DNA from: Octopus bimaculoides
Lineage: Eukaryota
Assembly: GCF_001194135.2 (NCBI RefSeq)
Contig: NC_068982.1
Span: forward strand, 93,781,171-93,845,170
Reading direction: 5' to 3'
DNA: 64,000 nucleotides
Shown here: piece by piece, positions 26,909 through 41,900 of the stretch
Layout of the letters: every line of letters starts with the position of its first letter
How positions within the stretch are numbered: position 1 is the stretch's first letter
The notes under the pieces: generated by a model
Seen by the model: only the letters and a program-made list of their open reading frames with translations
Database searches by the model: none
Told to the model about the DNA's origin: nothing
Made by a program: the position numbers and the translations under genes

Positions 26909-29900
26909 TACCTGGATATGCCCATGGTCAATTGCACAACCATTCTTACTAGCTATGCTGATGACACAAAACTATCTCATGCAATAAAGAATCCTGATGA
27001 TATTATAAGCCTGCAGAATGACCTAAATGCAATATACAAGTGGGCACAGTAAAATAATATGCAGTTCACTGCTAAAAGATTTCAAGTACTGCGCTACAAG
27101 GTCACAAGTGCCCTCCCAACTGGCATACACAGGACCTGAAGGTACTGCAATCCCAAAACTACAAACAGTGAGTGACCTGGGCATCAGCATGTGTAGTGAT
27201 GCATCATTTCACATGCACATTGTTGACAGCAAAGTGCAGACAACTGGCAGGGTGGATACAGTGGACATTCTGAACAAGGGATCAAAAAGTCATGTTGACT
27301 CTATGGAAGACATTTGTTCTGAGCTGCCTAGACTATTGCTCTCAGTTGTGGTCACCACACAGTGTCAAGCTAACAACATAACTTGAGGCAAGTCAGTGTC
27401 ACTATACAAAAAAGATTGCCACAGTCCAGCAGATGAACTACAGGGAGCGACTGAATGCACTGTCTCTACTCCCTGGAGCGCAGGTGGTAGAGATATGTAA
27501 TTACATATGGAAAATACTGGAAGGACTGGTACCGAATGCCTGCACAGGTTGCCACTGCATCTCACATAAGAACAAGGTATTGCAACAGCCTCAGTTTGTA
27601 ATATTTGATATCAACATTGTATCCTATCAAGGGTGAGATGCTTGTGAAAACTGCAATAACTTTAAAGCCAGTCTTTTGCAGTTTACTGATGTTTGGGACA
27701 TTAATTATTAATAATAATAAAGTTGATTTCAAATGTCTCAACTGTTGTACTTAGATGAAAGCAAGCATTAATTCACATGCATTCTATATTGCCATATTAT
27801 TTTCTACAAAATATTCTGACCTCTATTTTATGAGCTGAGAGAGCCTCTATATTTTTACTCTATCTTCTTGCAGCAGCTATCAAATTTTCCTCAAATCACT
27901 TTTATAGTCTTAAAAAAAAAATGAGCTTGGTTATGTTTGTACAGATTTCATCAAAGGACTAAACAACTGCAACCCTCTTTATATCTTACAATTGATAGAT
28001 TAAGAAGCAAGAATCAGATATGTAAAAGTTGAATATCGAGCATTCATTTTGCTCCATGCAACCAAATGTTCAAGCTTTATTTTTAAGACACTGATCTGAA
28101 TATTCAGTGGCACAATAAAATGCCATGCCATACTCTTTTTGGTGGCTATAGGCTGATTTGTAACATTGGTTGGCAACAACACCTTGCTCTTTGGCACCCT
28201 TAGTGGAGAGTGCTCTGTTGAAAACATTTGGACCATCTCTTCAGTCTAAGGATAATACATTTTGCTGTTTCCTAATGTACCTCTTCTTAGGTTTATGCCT
28301 TCAAAGTAACTTATACAACACAAGTAGCTTCCAATGAAAGCCTAGCCTCACTGCATTGATTGTCACCTCTGTACATGACTTGTGCAAGTTTCAAAAACCA
28401 TTCTTCTACATTTAGTTTTTTTAGTGATTACTGGACTATAGAAATGATGTCCTGTGAACAACTCTTTCCAGATTGTCAAAGTCTAGGCTGAGTGATGTAT
28501 CCCTAGTTAGGCACTTGTAAATGTTTCATTAGGAGGAGAGCATTGGTAGCACCCTGTCATGGCACTTCCCTGAGTAGTGTATTATCTATGCTAATTCTCT
28601 TTACTAATCAGTTGTGCTATAACTCTTTGTAACTTTCATAACTTTGTCCAACATTTTGATGCCTCTGTAGCTGTTTCATTCTAGAACTTCACTTTTGCCC
28701 TTGTAGCAGTTTACAATGATAAACTATGCAAATTGTTGGGTATGACATCTTGTGTTGCCTGATTAACTGAGCAAGTGACTAGGATATGGACCTACTTTAC
28801 CAGATATTTAAGCATCCCAGTGACTATACTAGATAATCCAACTGCCTTTTTTCCCCTCTATATCTTTTATCACATTTTTGATCATTCAGCTGTCAACTTC
28901 AATGACTGATCCTTCTGTTGGATTTACCTGAAGTGCTTCGCTTCCCCAAGCATTCTGCTCATTCAGTTACTTATAATAATATTTTCTTATAGGCTTATAG
29001 GCATTGTTGATGGCAAATGTGCTGCTATCATTCTTTTCACACTTCTCTCCATTTCAGTGTTGTATATTTCTCTGCCTTACAATTTGGAACACTTATCCCT
29101 CTAATATTACAGAATATGTACAGACTTTTTGTTTTCTGATTCTTCCTCTTTATTAAGTACACCTGATATCTAGCTTTTTCTTAATCACCTCATATTGTTT
29201 TCTGCTGCCCCTTTTTTGTTTCAGTTTTTCCAGGCCTGTCTATTAGCTATTATGGTTCTATATACTGTTCCACCACCATATCACCTTCATTCAGTCTGGC
29301 AATAATTATGCATAAGGTTATATTGTAGAAACTTCAGGTTGTTCTTTATAAGTCTCTATTTCCTTTTCCCTTCTGTCATACACATCCGCTCGTACATCTC
29401 TGTATCTACATCTGGTCAAGAACTTGTTCACCTTCCATATCTGCCTTTTCCAAATTACTTTGTGGGTCTAACTCTTTCTCTGAAGTCATTGATAATTACT
29501 ATGTTGTGTGGTATATTCTTCACCTTAGAAAGGCTTTGCGTTCATAACCATCTTTATCTCATTTCCTGGGAAATGTAAAGTTTATATGGCTTGTGCCTTT
29601 ACTTGATAGGTAGGTGTTGCAAATAGACAGGTCACTGGTTTCACGAAATTTCAATAATTGTGATCCTTCCTTACTCCCTGTCCCCATATCCATTTAATTC
29701 TGCTGTCAATTACATGTAATTGGAGCAGACAAATTGTATTTTTAAAGTTTTTAATTACAGTTATTTCTCATGTTTAGAGCAGTATGTTTGCATAAATCAT
29801 TTGGGCAATTAGAAAATATATTAGAAATATACAACATTAATTCTATCTTAGCTGATTGCAATTTATCTTATTAGCATTTTGAAATTGATATCTTTCAAAA

Positions 29901-32900
29901 CCTTTACAGCTTATAAGCAGTGATTGCACTTTACTAAATATCATTACAGCTGATCTCTTTTAACATGGTAGCATTATGTAACTCATTGTTTTTCTATACC
30001 TCTCAGTGCCAAATGAATGTATGTAACTATTTATGTTACGCTGGTTCTGTATAGTCCCACTCCTCTTTTATTTCTTTATCATGAATTGCAGAAGGTTCAC
30101 ATCTTTAACATGATTGTATTTGATGAATGTAAATGACATTATGCTTTCACCTTAAAAATCTTTCAACAGAATTATGCTTTCACCTTAAAAATCTTTCAAC
30201 AGAATTACCAAAATTTTATAGTACACCAAGACAAATAAACCCTGTTATAACACACATTGTTTGGAAATATTTTCAGATAGTCTTATTGTTCTTGTCAGAA
30301 TTTTAGAATGGGAAATATCAAACAATATTTACAACTCTATTACTGTGTTACACATGTATTTGAATATGTTATGTTAACTATGTACTTTGCACTATTACGT
30401 TAATTACTATAATACCATTAATTCTGTTATTGTTAGTTATTTATTGTGGCTGTTACAATCAGTTGGTTGTTTACATAAAGTATAAAGAGAGTAAATGGCA
30501 GTCAATAGAATACAAGAAGCTCAGCTGAGTGATCAACAAATCATATAATTTCATCAATTCTGTTATGTTGGTATCCAAATGATTTAACTCTCTAATGTCC
30601 CTGTGTATTTAACTCCAAATAGGAACTTTTCAGCATTGTAAAAAAACAATAGTAGGAATACATAAATTGTAGTTTGTTTCCATTGATGATACAAGAATGA
30701 TTATCCGTGATAAGCTGGTATCTTATCTATAGGGCTATTTGCTTTGCTTGACCTGCTCCAAATGAAACCATAAGTATAACTTTTGGAATCAATAGGATGC
30801 TGGCTTGTTAATCAATAACTTTCCTCCTGCTAACAACAATTGCATTGTGTTCATAGTAGGCACGTAACCCTATATATACTATTTCTTCCATTTCATTGAG
30901 CTCAAATATTGCTACTGAACATATTTCATTATGTATAATAAGCTCTTTTTCTCTAGAGATTTTTAAACGTAGAAATTAAGGGTTATTATTATACACAAAG
31001 CAAATATTTAAGATGGCATAACCAGAAGTTATAACTTGCCCAAGGTAACTGAAGTGTAATGAAGAGTTGAACCCTTTAATGTTCAGATTAATCTGTCAAA
31101 TGTAATGCTTATTTGTTCATGTTATTTTGAATTATTCAGGTTCAAGAGGGGTGTTCACAATATTTGCTTGTAACTTTAATTTTTTTTTACATACAGCTTT
31201 TAAATTTTATCAGTGGGTGCTTATATACCAGTGGATTATAGTTATGTAATTTTAGCTGATCTTGCTGATTAAATATGACATTTATGGGCAAGTAAATTTA
31301 ATTAACAGGTGTAAAAGTAATAACGTTATGGTTAAACACTAAAATTTAAATTCTTAATGTGTCTTACCTGTTTGATTTATTACTAAAATTATTCCAGATA
31401 TCAACTGCCAACAATTTTGCCACTTTTCAAGATGAGGTACATTAATTAAAATACAAGTATAATCGGTACAAATTTTTTTACCTTCTCTATAATTCATTCA
31501 AGCATTTTCATTGAAAATAAAGTACAAAACTCTTTTACTAGTCAATATACCATTGGCTATGTACTCTTATGCAATTTAATGAATACATTTACATAACAGA
31601 ATGCATCTAATGAAAAAAGCTCATTAACAGGTGAAGCAAAGGTGAATACAGATGTGTAACATACTGAAAATTAATATGTATTTCTTTCTTTCACTTACTA
31701 TTTGTAATAAATTGAAAGAAATATATGATAGTATTACTATCAAACAACAAAATATAGTTTTACCATAATTCTATCGTGAAACTCTTCAAAGCACCCTTTA
31801 CACAAGGGCACTGTGCAAAACAAACATATATGAGGTCTCAACCTGATATCCTTTCACAGTTTTTCTTTCTTACAGTGAACACAGTCTGCAAACTTTTTTC
31901 CTTCCATCTATTTTTCCATTTTATGGAAGTCAATATTTTCTCTGTTGACATCCACCTCTGTTAATTTTGCTTTTCTCTCAGTTCTGTGCTTTCTGAAAGA
32001 AAAGTTCCCGCATAACCAAGACGCAATGTCAACCCAAAATTTTAAATGATCATAGCCCTTTGATGGCAGAGGTACCTTGTGGCTTTTTACATAAAGAATA
32101 TATAAATTAACTATAGTTAGACATAATGCTGGAGATGTATGGATCACCATACTGTATATGAGGATTCCAGTAGTTCCACAGTTGAGGAAGCTGCTTGATA
32201 ACAAACATAATGTTTATAATAAAAAGAAAAGGTTGCATTTCTGCAGTGTCAGTTGACTACCCTAATGGATCAGGTCTTCCATGGATAGAAATTATGCATT
32301 GAGCAGATTTGTTTCCTCTGTGACAGTTTCAAAAAAACTTTTTGGTAAAAATAAAATAGTCCAATGTTTGAGCATTGGGAGGTAGACTGTATTGTAGATT
32401 AGTCTTTTCTGTAAAATCGGGAATTGTGGTTGGTGTATCTTCAACCATGTTGTCATAATGTTTTCAATATCATTTTCATCACTTTCATTACCAAAATCTT
32501 CCTTGTACAACAAAAATTCATAAATGTCAATGTGATTCATCTGAAGACAAATCAGTTGTTTTCATTTATATTTTGTACATCATCAAGAGTAAAACCTTTG
32601 AAGTTGGAATTGCTACCTGCTGACACCATATCATTAAAAACAAATATATACACTTCTCTTCAAACATTGAAAAAAAAAAAACCAAAAAAAAAAACCAAGA
32701 AGTCTCAAAAATTTCACCATATTTTTCCTCGAATAAAGGTGGGAAAGCTTTATTTCACATTCTCAAAGCTACGAGGAATTCAGTAATGTGATGTGTTTAC
32801 TTTTTTAGTGATTTTGTAGAGGAATCAGATATGGCCGGATTTGGCTGGTCTAAACAAACAAAGAGGAATAATTTTCAGCCAGTTTTGGCCGGTGTAAACA

Positions 32901-35900
32901 CTAAAGGGTTAAACCATTATCATAATCTTGCAATTTTTTTTTTATGATTGGGTTAATACACTAAGTGTTCATTATGTTTCATAAGTATACCCATGTCAGA
33001 GATCATATCAGGCAAGGTTGTTTCCTGCTTTACTAACACATCAAAATGATTTAAAGTAAAATATAAAACTGAATAGAAAATTGCAAAAGGACAAATTACT
33101 CTAGTAAATAGCTACATTGTCACTGTCTGTCCATAAAGGGATGAAATAGAGTTGCCACTGACATTTGAAATTAGAATACTGAGGTATAGTATTAAGTGCA
33201 CTATATGTAGTTAGTTCTACCATTTCTGTTAATTTTCTGTTTTTGATGGTTATAGCAAGACTATAGATTTATTTACACAACTATATAATTCACTCATAAA
33301 TTATGAAGCTCAATTTATGTATAAATTATGACATAAAGTAATTACTAAATATATTATAAAGTATTTTTAACTATATTATATAAGCATTTGAAAGAAATAA
33401 GTTATAACATTGAAAATGATAGTTCTATAAGTAAATATATAACAAATTTGAACCACATGTGTGTGTAAAAGATAAGTTTCAGTGCAGCGAAAATAAATTC
33501 AGGAAGTAGGTGAAGTGTGTTCAGGCACTTCTAGAATTAGGAAGTTACCAGACCTTACCTAATCCATTACATTTTGCTGTAGCTCTCTTTCATTCAATCA
33601 GGACTTAAGCCCATGATGGTAGCTAGTGAAATGCTTTGCAGCAATTTCCAGTTCAACCTCCCATTTTACTCAGCATATTCAGATTTCTTTTCAAGTCCAT
33701 CTTCAGCAGCTTATTAGCACTAGACATACCAATCTTATATGTATGATCTGTTGAAATATACCATGTAAAACTAAACTGATATAAAACACCTGAAACAAGA
33801 TTATTTATAGGTCTGATCAAATTCATGAAGCAGTTCAGATGTTTCACATTGTACTGTCCATAGTCAAATGTTAAACATCTGGCAGGTTATTCATGCCAAA
33901 CTGCCAGTTGAATGAAAATCATGAATTGATGTTGAATGAGACCGTACTGCATTTTCCTTCAGATTAAATATCATTTGAGTTTGGCAGACTCACAACTGGA
34001 TTTAAATTGATTTAATCCTTTTGCTACCATACTTGTTGTAATAACACTTTGTTGTATTTAATTTTGAAAACAATGAAAAATTTATAACAAAATAACTTCT
34101 TAGTCATTATTAAGCTGGTGTTTGAAACATAAATTAACATGATATTTGGATGGAAGGGTTTAACTTTGATCACTTTGAAACAGGAAGTTCGTATCATACA
34201 GTGATGAGCAGCTCTTGGTAGGTTAGTATTAAAAAGGTTAATCATTTATCCATAGGGAATAATCAGACAAAAATTGACTGTAAAAAAAACTGGATGATGT
34301 TTGTAGCAGGAAAGGGGTGATGGGCTAATTTTTAATATCTTCATTAGCAACATGTGATAGACATGTCATGCTTGCTTCATGTTTATGAAAGTCATGATAT
34401 TTGTCTCAGAAAAGAAGTATTGAGAACTTAAATTAAATGGAAATGTTAATTTATTCGCATTTAAATTCATTTCCACATTCTGAAGTGGTAAGCATGTCAT
34501 GCTTCATGTTACGAAAGTCATGATATTTGCGTGCTATCTCAGAAAAGAAGTATTGTGAACTTAAATAAATTAAACGGAAATGTTCGTTAGTTTATTGGCA
34601 TTTAAATTTATTCCCACATTCTCAAGTGGACTGTTGACCACACTGTTGATATGTAAAAGCTGTTTATATTTGTTTTAAAATTCTGTATACTAAAGTTTTT
34701 TTTAAAGTTAATATTGTTTGAGAACAAGTTTTGAGGATATAATCTAAGTTCTCAGCCAAATGAAGGACATAAACATAATTTGGTTCCTAGTTATTAACCA
34801 CCATTCCATGGCAAGACTATATTCGTTTTAACCTTTAAGCAATTAAACTGGCCATATCTGGTCCAAATACTCATGTTTTATGTTCAAACCAACCAGATTT
34901 GGCCTCTCATACTTATCCTACAATGTCATTCTAAAAATAAAAAAACACTTATAGGCACAGGCATGCCTGTGTGGTAAGAAGCTTGCTTTCCAATCATGTG
35001 GTTCCGGGTTCTGACCCACTGTGTGGCACCTTGGGAAAGTGTCTTTTTACTATAGCCTTGCAAGTGGATTTGGTAGATGAAAACTGAAACCTCATTGTGT
35101 GTGTGTGTGTGTCTGTGCCCCCCCCCCCGTCATTGCTTGACAACCGATGTTGGTGTGTTTACATCTCTGTAACCTAGTGCTTTGGCATCAGAGATTGATA
35201 CAATAAGTACTAGGCTTACAAAGAATTAGTCCTGGGGCGAATTTGTTCATCTAAAGGCAGTGCTCCAGCATGGTCGCTGTCAAATGACTGAAGCAAGTAA
35301 AATAAAATAAAAAAACATCATTGAAATATCAACATTACAACATAATGCATTCATTCAAAACAATGTAAATAAATAAGCATTACATTTGAATAATCTGAAT
35401 GCTGAAGGGTTAAACATAAAAATATACTTCTCTTAACTAAATTATTTCATTCCTGCTGAGTTTCAAATAGTTATATATAAATTAGCTTGCCTGTTTGCCA
35501 ACCTAATCAGTATTTTTTTATGTAGATGTAATTTGCAATCTCCCTATACAATGTCAGTGGACTTTGATAATGATTTTTGTTAGAAACCATTATGGTTAAT
35601 CTAACACCTATGTTGCTTAGCCAATATGTTCAGTATGTTTCAGTATTTTGATGCAATAAATTTAACATGTAACACTAGTTAATAGAGAAAATACTAAAAG
35701 GTGAATCTGGTTTTTCTTTTATAATGAAATAAGTAAGTCTGTTGTTCAGGCCAGTCCACTCCTAGAGTAATTACAAATTCTTGGTAACGCAATTTATGGT
35801 TTGATCTACAAAGGTTGTAGTAAATGGTTTTCACAACAGGCTGAATAATTTAGTTTAGGTTTTAGGTTATATCAACAACTGCAGTATAATTTCTGCCAGC

Positions 35901-38900
35901 AGTAATGTATCATATAGACTATCTTCTAATTTTACTTTTACAAATGTGTTGCTCTTATCCAATTATGAGAAAAATTAACATTTGATTCAAGATGAAATTT
36001 GTACCATAATAATAAAGCAAGGCATATTGTAAAGGAAATTTTTTATTTTATTCATCTTTGATTTTTGTGAGAGTTATATCATGTTTACAGTTAGTCAGAC
36101 TTACAAAGATTTTTAGAGTTTTAATCTAAAATGTTAAGTTTTCCAGGGTTCAGTTAGTGTGTCCAACTCTTATTGTATTTTTGATTTTTTTTTTCTTTGC
36201 TATGAGTTTGTGTTTAATGTTGTTGACAAATGGACATCTCTTCTAACCAAATTTTGATGATCTGAAACTCCTTGTATCCCATTGATTTCTTTTAATATAT
36301 ATATATATTTTGCCATTTTTTTTCTCTTTCCTTGCAGGTTATTTGCAACACTGCCTCTCCACATGTTTTCTATCTTCCTCCTTTTCTAATTGTGATTACT
36401 ACTCTCCTTGTAATCCCCTTCCTCACACTTGTTTTATTTCTCTCATGGTATCTACCCATTAACATTAACTAAAACTTTTTCTCTTTTACAGGATACCTCC
36501 TGCAGGCTAACTGAGCCTACTTCCAAGTTTTCTTGTGATTCCTCATTTATTCACAATCTATCCATAGTATACCCCTTACTAATTCTACTGCTGTGTCATC
36601 TCATTTCATTTATCCTCGATTTCTTCTCCCACTAATTACTCATAAGTTCCACACTGCGATTTACTTTTTGCTAGTCATCACCAATATTTGTACTTCTTGC
36701 TGGCACTCTTCAAAATAATTGCTTTCAAATTTGGCAGATTTTATTAAATCTTAAATTAAACATCGTCAGAAGGCTTTAGGCACTGCACTTCATAGTGCAT
36801 CAAGTGATAAACATCTCAGTAAGGAAAAGTTTTCAGTTTTGAAAATTACAAATGATACATGAATACTAATAAGACATTTCTTGATTAATGTAAATGCTAC
36901 TTTGTATATGTTCATCAAAAAAAAAAAGAAAAGATTCCATCTATTTATTTTATATATTAGCTTTCCTTGGACAATGTATAAAGTATTATTTCAATTAATT
37001 CTTTTTATAATGTTTCATCCGCTACCATGTGTAAATAAATACATTTCAATCTAGATTTTAATTCAAACTTTTAATGCAGCTTCCCAATTTTTAAAATTGT
37101 TAAAGCATCGTAGTCTCTAGAGAGCTCTAATTGCATAATTAATTATTTTTTTTTTAAATCTATGTTGGGTGTTATTCATTATGAAATTAAAGTTGCATTG
37201 TTAATTCAACTGGTAATTTACCTGTTCATGTTATTGGCCACTTTGAAAAATATCAACTGCTATTATACACAGTTTTAAGATATCGTATTTGTATGGATTA
37301 TCCTACTTAATCATTTTATATCTTCATTTTATTTTCACTTTTCCAATTTATAATTGCTCAAGCATTGAGATTGCAATAACTGTGTTGTATAAAGAAAAGA
37401 TATGTTAGCAGTGCTTAATTCCTTCTGAAATCAACAATTAAAAACTCACTTTACATTTTTACAGTTTTTTTTCTAATACTGAATTTGCTTTTGGAGAAGA
37501 CACAATTTGATTTTCCCATCAATAAAAATTGGAAGATTTAAACTATTTCTCCTTAAGTCATCTGTTCAGTTTGAGGGAACCATAAGTGTGCTAGGCTTGT
37601 ATAATATATAGGTATATTGCTAAGAAACACCTGAAAGCTTGCTTGATTGCCATGAAACCTGCAACTCTATTATATGCTATTAGTATGTAATGTAACATCT
37701 GATAGTTAGCATGTTAGTAAACAGATGAAATATTTTAATTGTCAGTAACAGCAGGGAATGAACCAAATATTTTCCTTCTGTTCCATATGTTGGACTATTT
37801 TTGATTCTGCTAGCTTTTATGCATGCATTTTCTGCAATTCAGTTGTCTCCTTTCAGTAACTGGTAATTAGTAAAAAAATTTAGTCATATAAAAGACTTAC
37901 CATATGTCATTAGGGCAAGAACATGAAACCAGCAAGTGGTACTAATATTGTGGCAAATCAATTGTATGCTGTTAATTTACCACCAACCAAATATATTCAA
38001 TTATAAAATACTTTCTTTCAGTCTTTTTATTGTTTTACTTCTTCAACACAGTAGTGTAGCATCATTTTAGCCATTACTCAAAAGTGAAACCCCACCCACC
38101 TACCCACCACTTAAATTTTTTTTTTAACTATCTATTTTATATCTAGTTTATGAAACAGTTTTATGTACATGTCACTTTTAAGTAATGGTATAAATTTATG
38201 TTACGATCCAGTTTTTGTTACTTTTGACCTGAAGGGAAAATAAGGTTGTTTCTCCATATTGCCATAGATTGTAAATATATAATTATAAACATAAAGTATA
38301 CTTTAGATAGAAATTTTTTTTCTTGAGTGGAAAACTTGACAAAATTCCTTGTAATGTTTTTGTTATTTTGAGTTAAAATCCTGCTGGGGTTGACTTTCAG
38401 CTGACAGGACTCAGTAAAAGCCAAGAATTCAGTTTTTTTTTTTTTCTTCTTCTAGCTCTGGTTTATTTTTACTGATCAGACATTCCAACCATAACCATCC
38501 CATTTTTGATCTTTCAGACAGTGAATCTATGGTCTCTCTCTCTCTCTCTGAGCTGATGGGGGCTGATGTGAATTAAATTAAGCTATTTGGAGCAGGTTGA
38601 GGGACTATTTGAGGTTCTTTATTTAGATTGTTAGTATACCAGTCAAGTGCTAAGGTTTATTAAGTAGACACACATCTGTCACAAAATTTGTGACTTTGTA
38701 CCAGATTGAGAAACCCTGTTATATGTGAGGGAATCTTCTGTCAAATACAATGTATGAATATTCAATTTTTGTTAAATGACCTGCACAGATAATTTCTTTA
38801 TATTGATGAAATGTATGTGCTGTACATTAGCTCACTCACTCCTATCAAATTTACGTTGCCTGAACAGGTGCACATTGTACCACATGTCAGATTTCACAGT

Positions 38901-41900
38901 GATTGCTGAGCAATATGAGACAAAGTGTTTTGCTCAAGAACAAAATGCACTACCCAGTCCAGAAAATGAAACCACAATCTCATGATTGTGAGTACAGCAT
39001 CCTAACCATTAGGCCATGCACCCTCACTGTTATCTGTCTATCCATTTACACACACACACACTTGTATGTATGTATATGTATAAGCAACCATAATCTTACG
39101 AATGTAAAGAGGCTAAATAAAGCATGTCCTTGTAACCATGATATTCCAGTGGTCTGATGAGCTACCTTTCTTCATCTGCAATGGTTTGTGAATGTACGAT
39201 TGTATAATGTATAGCATGTATAATTATATGAACATGTAAACAATTTATGATACGCTGAAATTGATTATTGCATTAAGAAGGCTGTGAAATGGCCAGTCGA
39301 AGAATTCTTTTTGTCTCCAAGATGAGAGCAAAATGGCTGTGATGTATTAAATTCTTTGTAACATTTAGTGACCTTTTCTTTCAAGATGAAATCCAACCAA
39401 AACTGACTTTCCTTTCCAGTACACTTTAGCCAGAAATTATCAGTAATATACACTTCCCTGACAAATTTGTAATAATTTCTATACTGTAAATATATGCTAA
39501 TAAGTGATTTGTCCGTATACAGTAATAATGGCAATCTTTCGGAAGAAGGAACAAAACTAAATGTCCAGCCTTGTTCTTCTCTGTATTCAAAGCTTAACTC
39601 CCTTTGGAGATGGTTTTTTCATGTGGATCTTAATGTAAACAACTATGAACATAAGNNNNNNNNNNNNNNNNNNNNNNNNNNNNNNNNNNNNNNNNNNNNN
39701 NNNNNNNNNNNNNNNNNNNNNNNNNNNNNNNNNNNNCCCAACACATACAAAAAAGTCTCAAAAATAATCACCCAAGGCCCTATGTAGGAAGTTGGGCCTT
39801 CAATAAGCTAATATTACATGCTTTGATGTACTAAACTTTTTTCATGAATATGCATTGCTAAAATTGGGTAGTACCTAATGTGCCTGTGTCTTTCATGCCA
39901 TCAAATATGGTAGCATATTTAATCAGTCACACCCTCAACCTCAGAATTTGTGGATTGGACTCCTTATCAGAAATCATTATCTTCATATAATTTGAGACCA
40001 AAACATTTAGAATAACTATTATTGTCCTTTCAGGTCACTTTGTATTTTAAGAATTTTCTAATATTTTCTTTTCAATTTAAAAAATTTTCTTTTTTTCTTT
40101 TAAGTCAATCTTTATTGTTTATTTCTTAATGTATAGTGCAAATTTCATCTATTTCTGAATTGTTTCCGTCACATTGTTGAAAATTTTCATCTTTGGGTAC
40201 ATTGAATACATTAGCAAGCAATGAAAATGAAGCTTTATCCTTTCAGCAATTGATTCATCAAAATTAATGCTTTTAGTATATTAGATTTACATCACATAAC
40301 ATTGATTTCAACATGTTGAATGTAATCCAGTGTTAGAGAATTTGCATTTTTCCTTTCTTTTTTTTTTTTTTAACTCATGTTTAAGAAACCAAACTAACAT
40401 TATCCAGGAGATTTAAAAACGGAATTAGTTCAGTGTAGGACTCTTCCCTCGGGCTTATTGGATTGGAGTGTTGCCTATTTTTTTCATATTTTATGGAAGT
40501 ATTCTCCTCTTTTCAGAACAGCTACCATTTCTCATAATTCTTCAGTGTTGCCGATTGCCCATAGCGCTTGATCTGCTGTCACCCACAAATCATAATTCGT
40601 ATTAAAACACACACACACACATTCTCTATCTCTTTCTCTCTCTCCCCCCCTCTCTCTCTGCTGTATTTTACATTTTGTTCTGTAATTCTAGATTTCAATT
40701 AATCACTGAAGTAATCTTCCTAATGTTGATACATTGATATTGTCCTTATTGCTCTCTTCAAATAAATGGTATTTGAGCTAAAACCTTTGATCAAGATTAA
40801 TAGCATCATGCAAATTCTTGAGGAGGTAGATGGTGGAGATTATGTATTTAATCAACCATTGCGCCTATTTCACTATCTGTATGATTATAGAATAAGTTAC
40901 CCGTCTTATTAGTCGACAGAATTTTAGTCAAGATTAATCTTAGTAACTTTGTCAGTGATTCAGTGACATTTGCTAACTTGTTTGTTGAGTGCAACCACAT
41001 AAAATATCAAGTCACAGGAAATATTTAGCTGTGGCATCTCCAAAATTCTGCTTTGTCGTTCTTCTTGGTACCCTCTGATAGAACTTCAGTCCATGGTCCT
41101 TGACTTGTATTCCAATACTTTAATATTTCCATTTTATCGCATGGGTTTAAGTTCTTCTGTTTTCAGTCGTCAGATTCTCTCATCTTGGCAAGTAAAAATG
41201 TAAACTAGAAGTAATGGAGCAGACTATTAAATCATAGGGAGAAACCAAAACCATTTTGAAATTCATAAAGCATTTGGGCAAATAAAATCTTTTGACAAAG
41301 CTAGCTTAAATGACATGCACTAATCTTATTTTAGTAATTTGTTCTTGCTCATTGGTTTGAAATATTTAATATGCAGGTTGTTTATATTCAAAAGACATAT
41401 TCACCAATTTCAAAATTTATTTCTAGTTTGTCTGAGTTGTTTTAGTTAAGTCTCAATATAAACATGTACCAGACTATTTTTTTAAAGAAAAATAGTTTAG
41501 TCTGCTATTTATCTATATTGGTTCATCCTTATGATGTAAGTCATGAAAGTATTCTTGTGTTGTGGCTATATAAAACCTATTTGATTTCTGTCTTGTGGAA
41601 AAATTTTGGAGGAAATGAGTGAACCATGGCAGTTATTGTATATGTTCCTATGATTTAGTTGTCATTTAACTCTTGTCCTCATTAGCTTTTGAATGCCTAT
41701 GATTAAAGGCATCCTAGCTGATATTATCTTGCTTCCCTGTCTTCCTGAGACGTAGTATACCTGAGAGTACATTGCATGATGCGTATTTTTGTTTTTTTTT
41801 ATGGTGGAGCATCATTTAGTTTCTATTTCTTGCAAATTTCTTTGCTGGCTCTGGCTGTTTAGTTGTAAATTTGAGAACTAAGTGACATTGTCTATTACTG

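Noticed and set aside
33600-33900. Minus-strand frame weakly resembling a mariner HTH region (KIGMSSANKLLKMDLKRNLNMLSKMG)
   Set aside because: Too degenerate, and no TIRs or catalytic motifs were seen.
40808-40912. Short ORF MQILEEVDGGDYVFNQPLRLF... in unique-looking intron sequence
   Set aside because: It stops after 34 codons, the only phase-0 donor (GAG|gtagat) is weak, and it shows no similarity I recognise.
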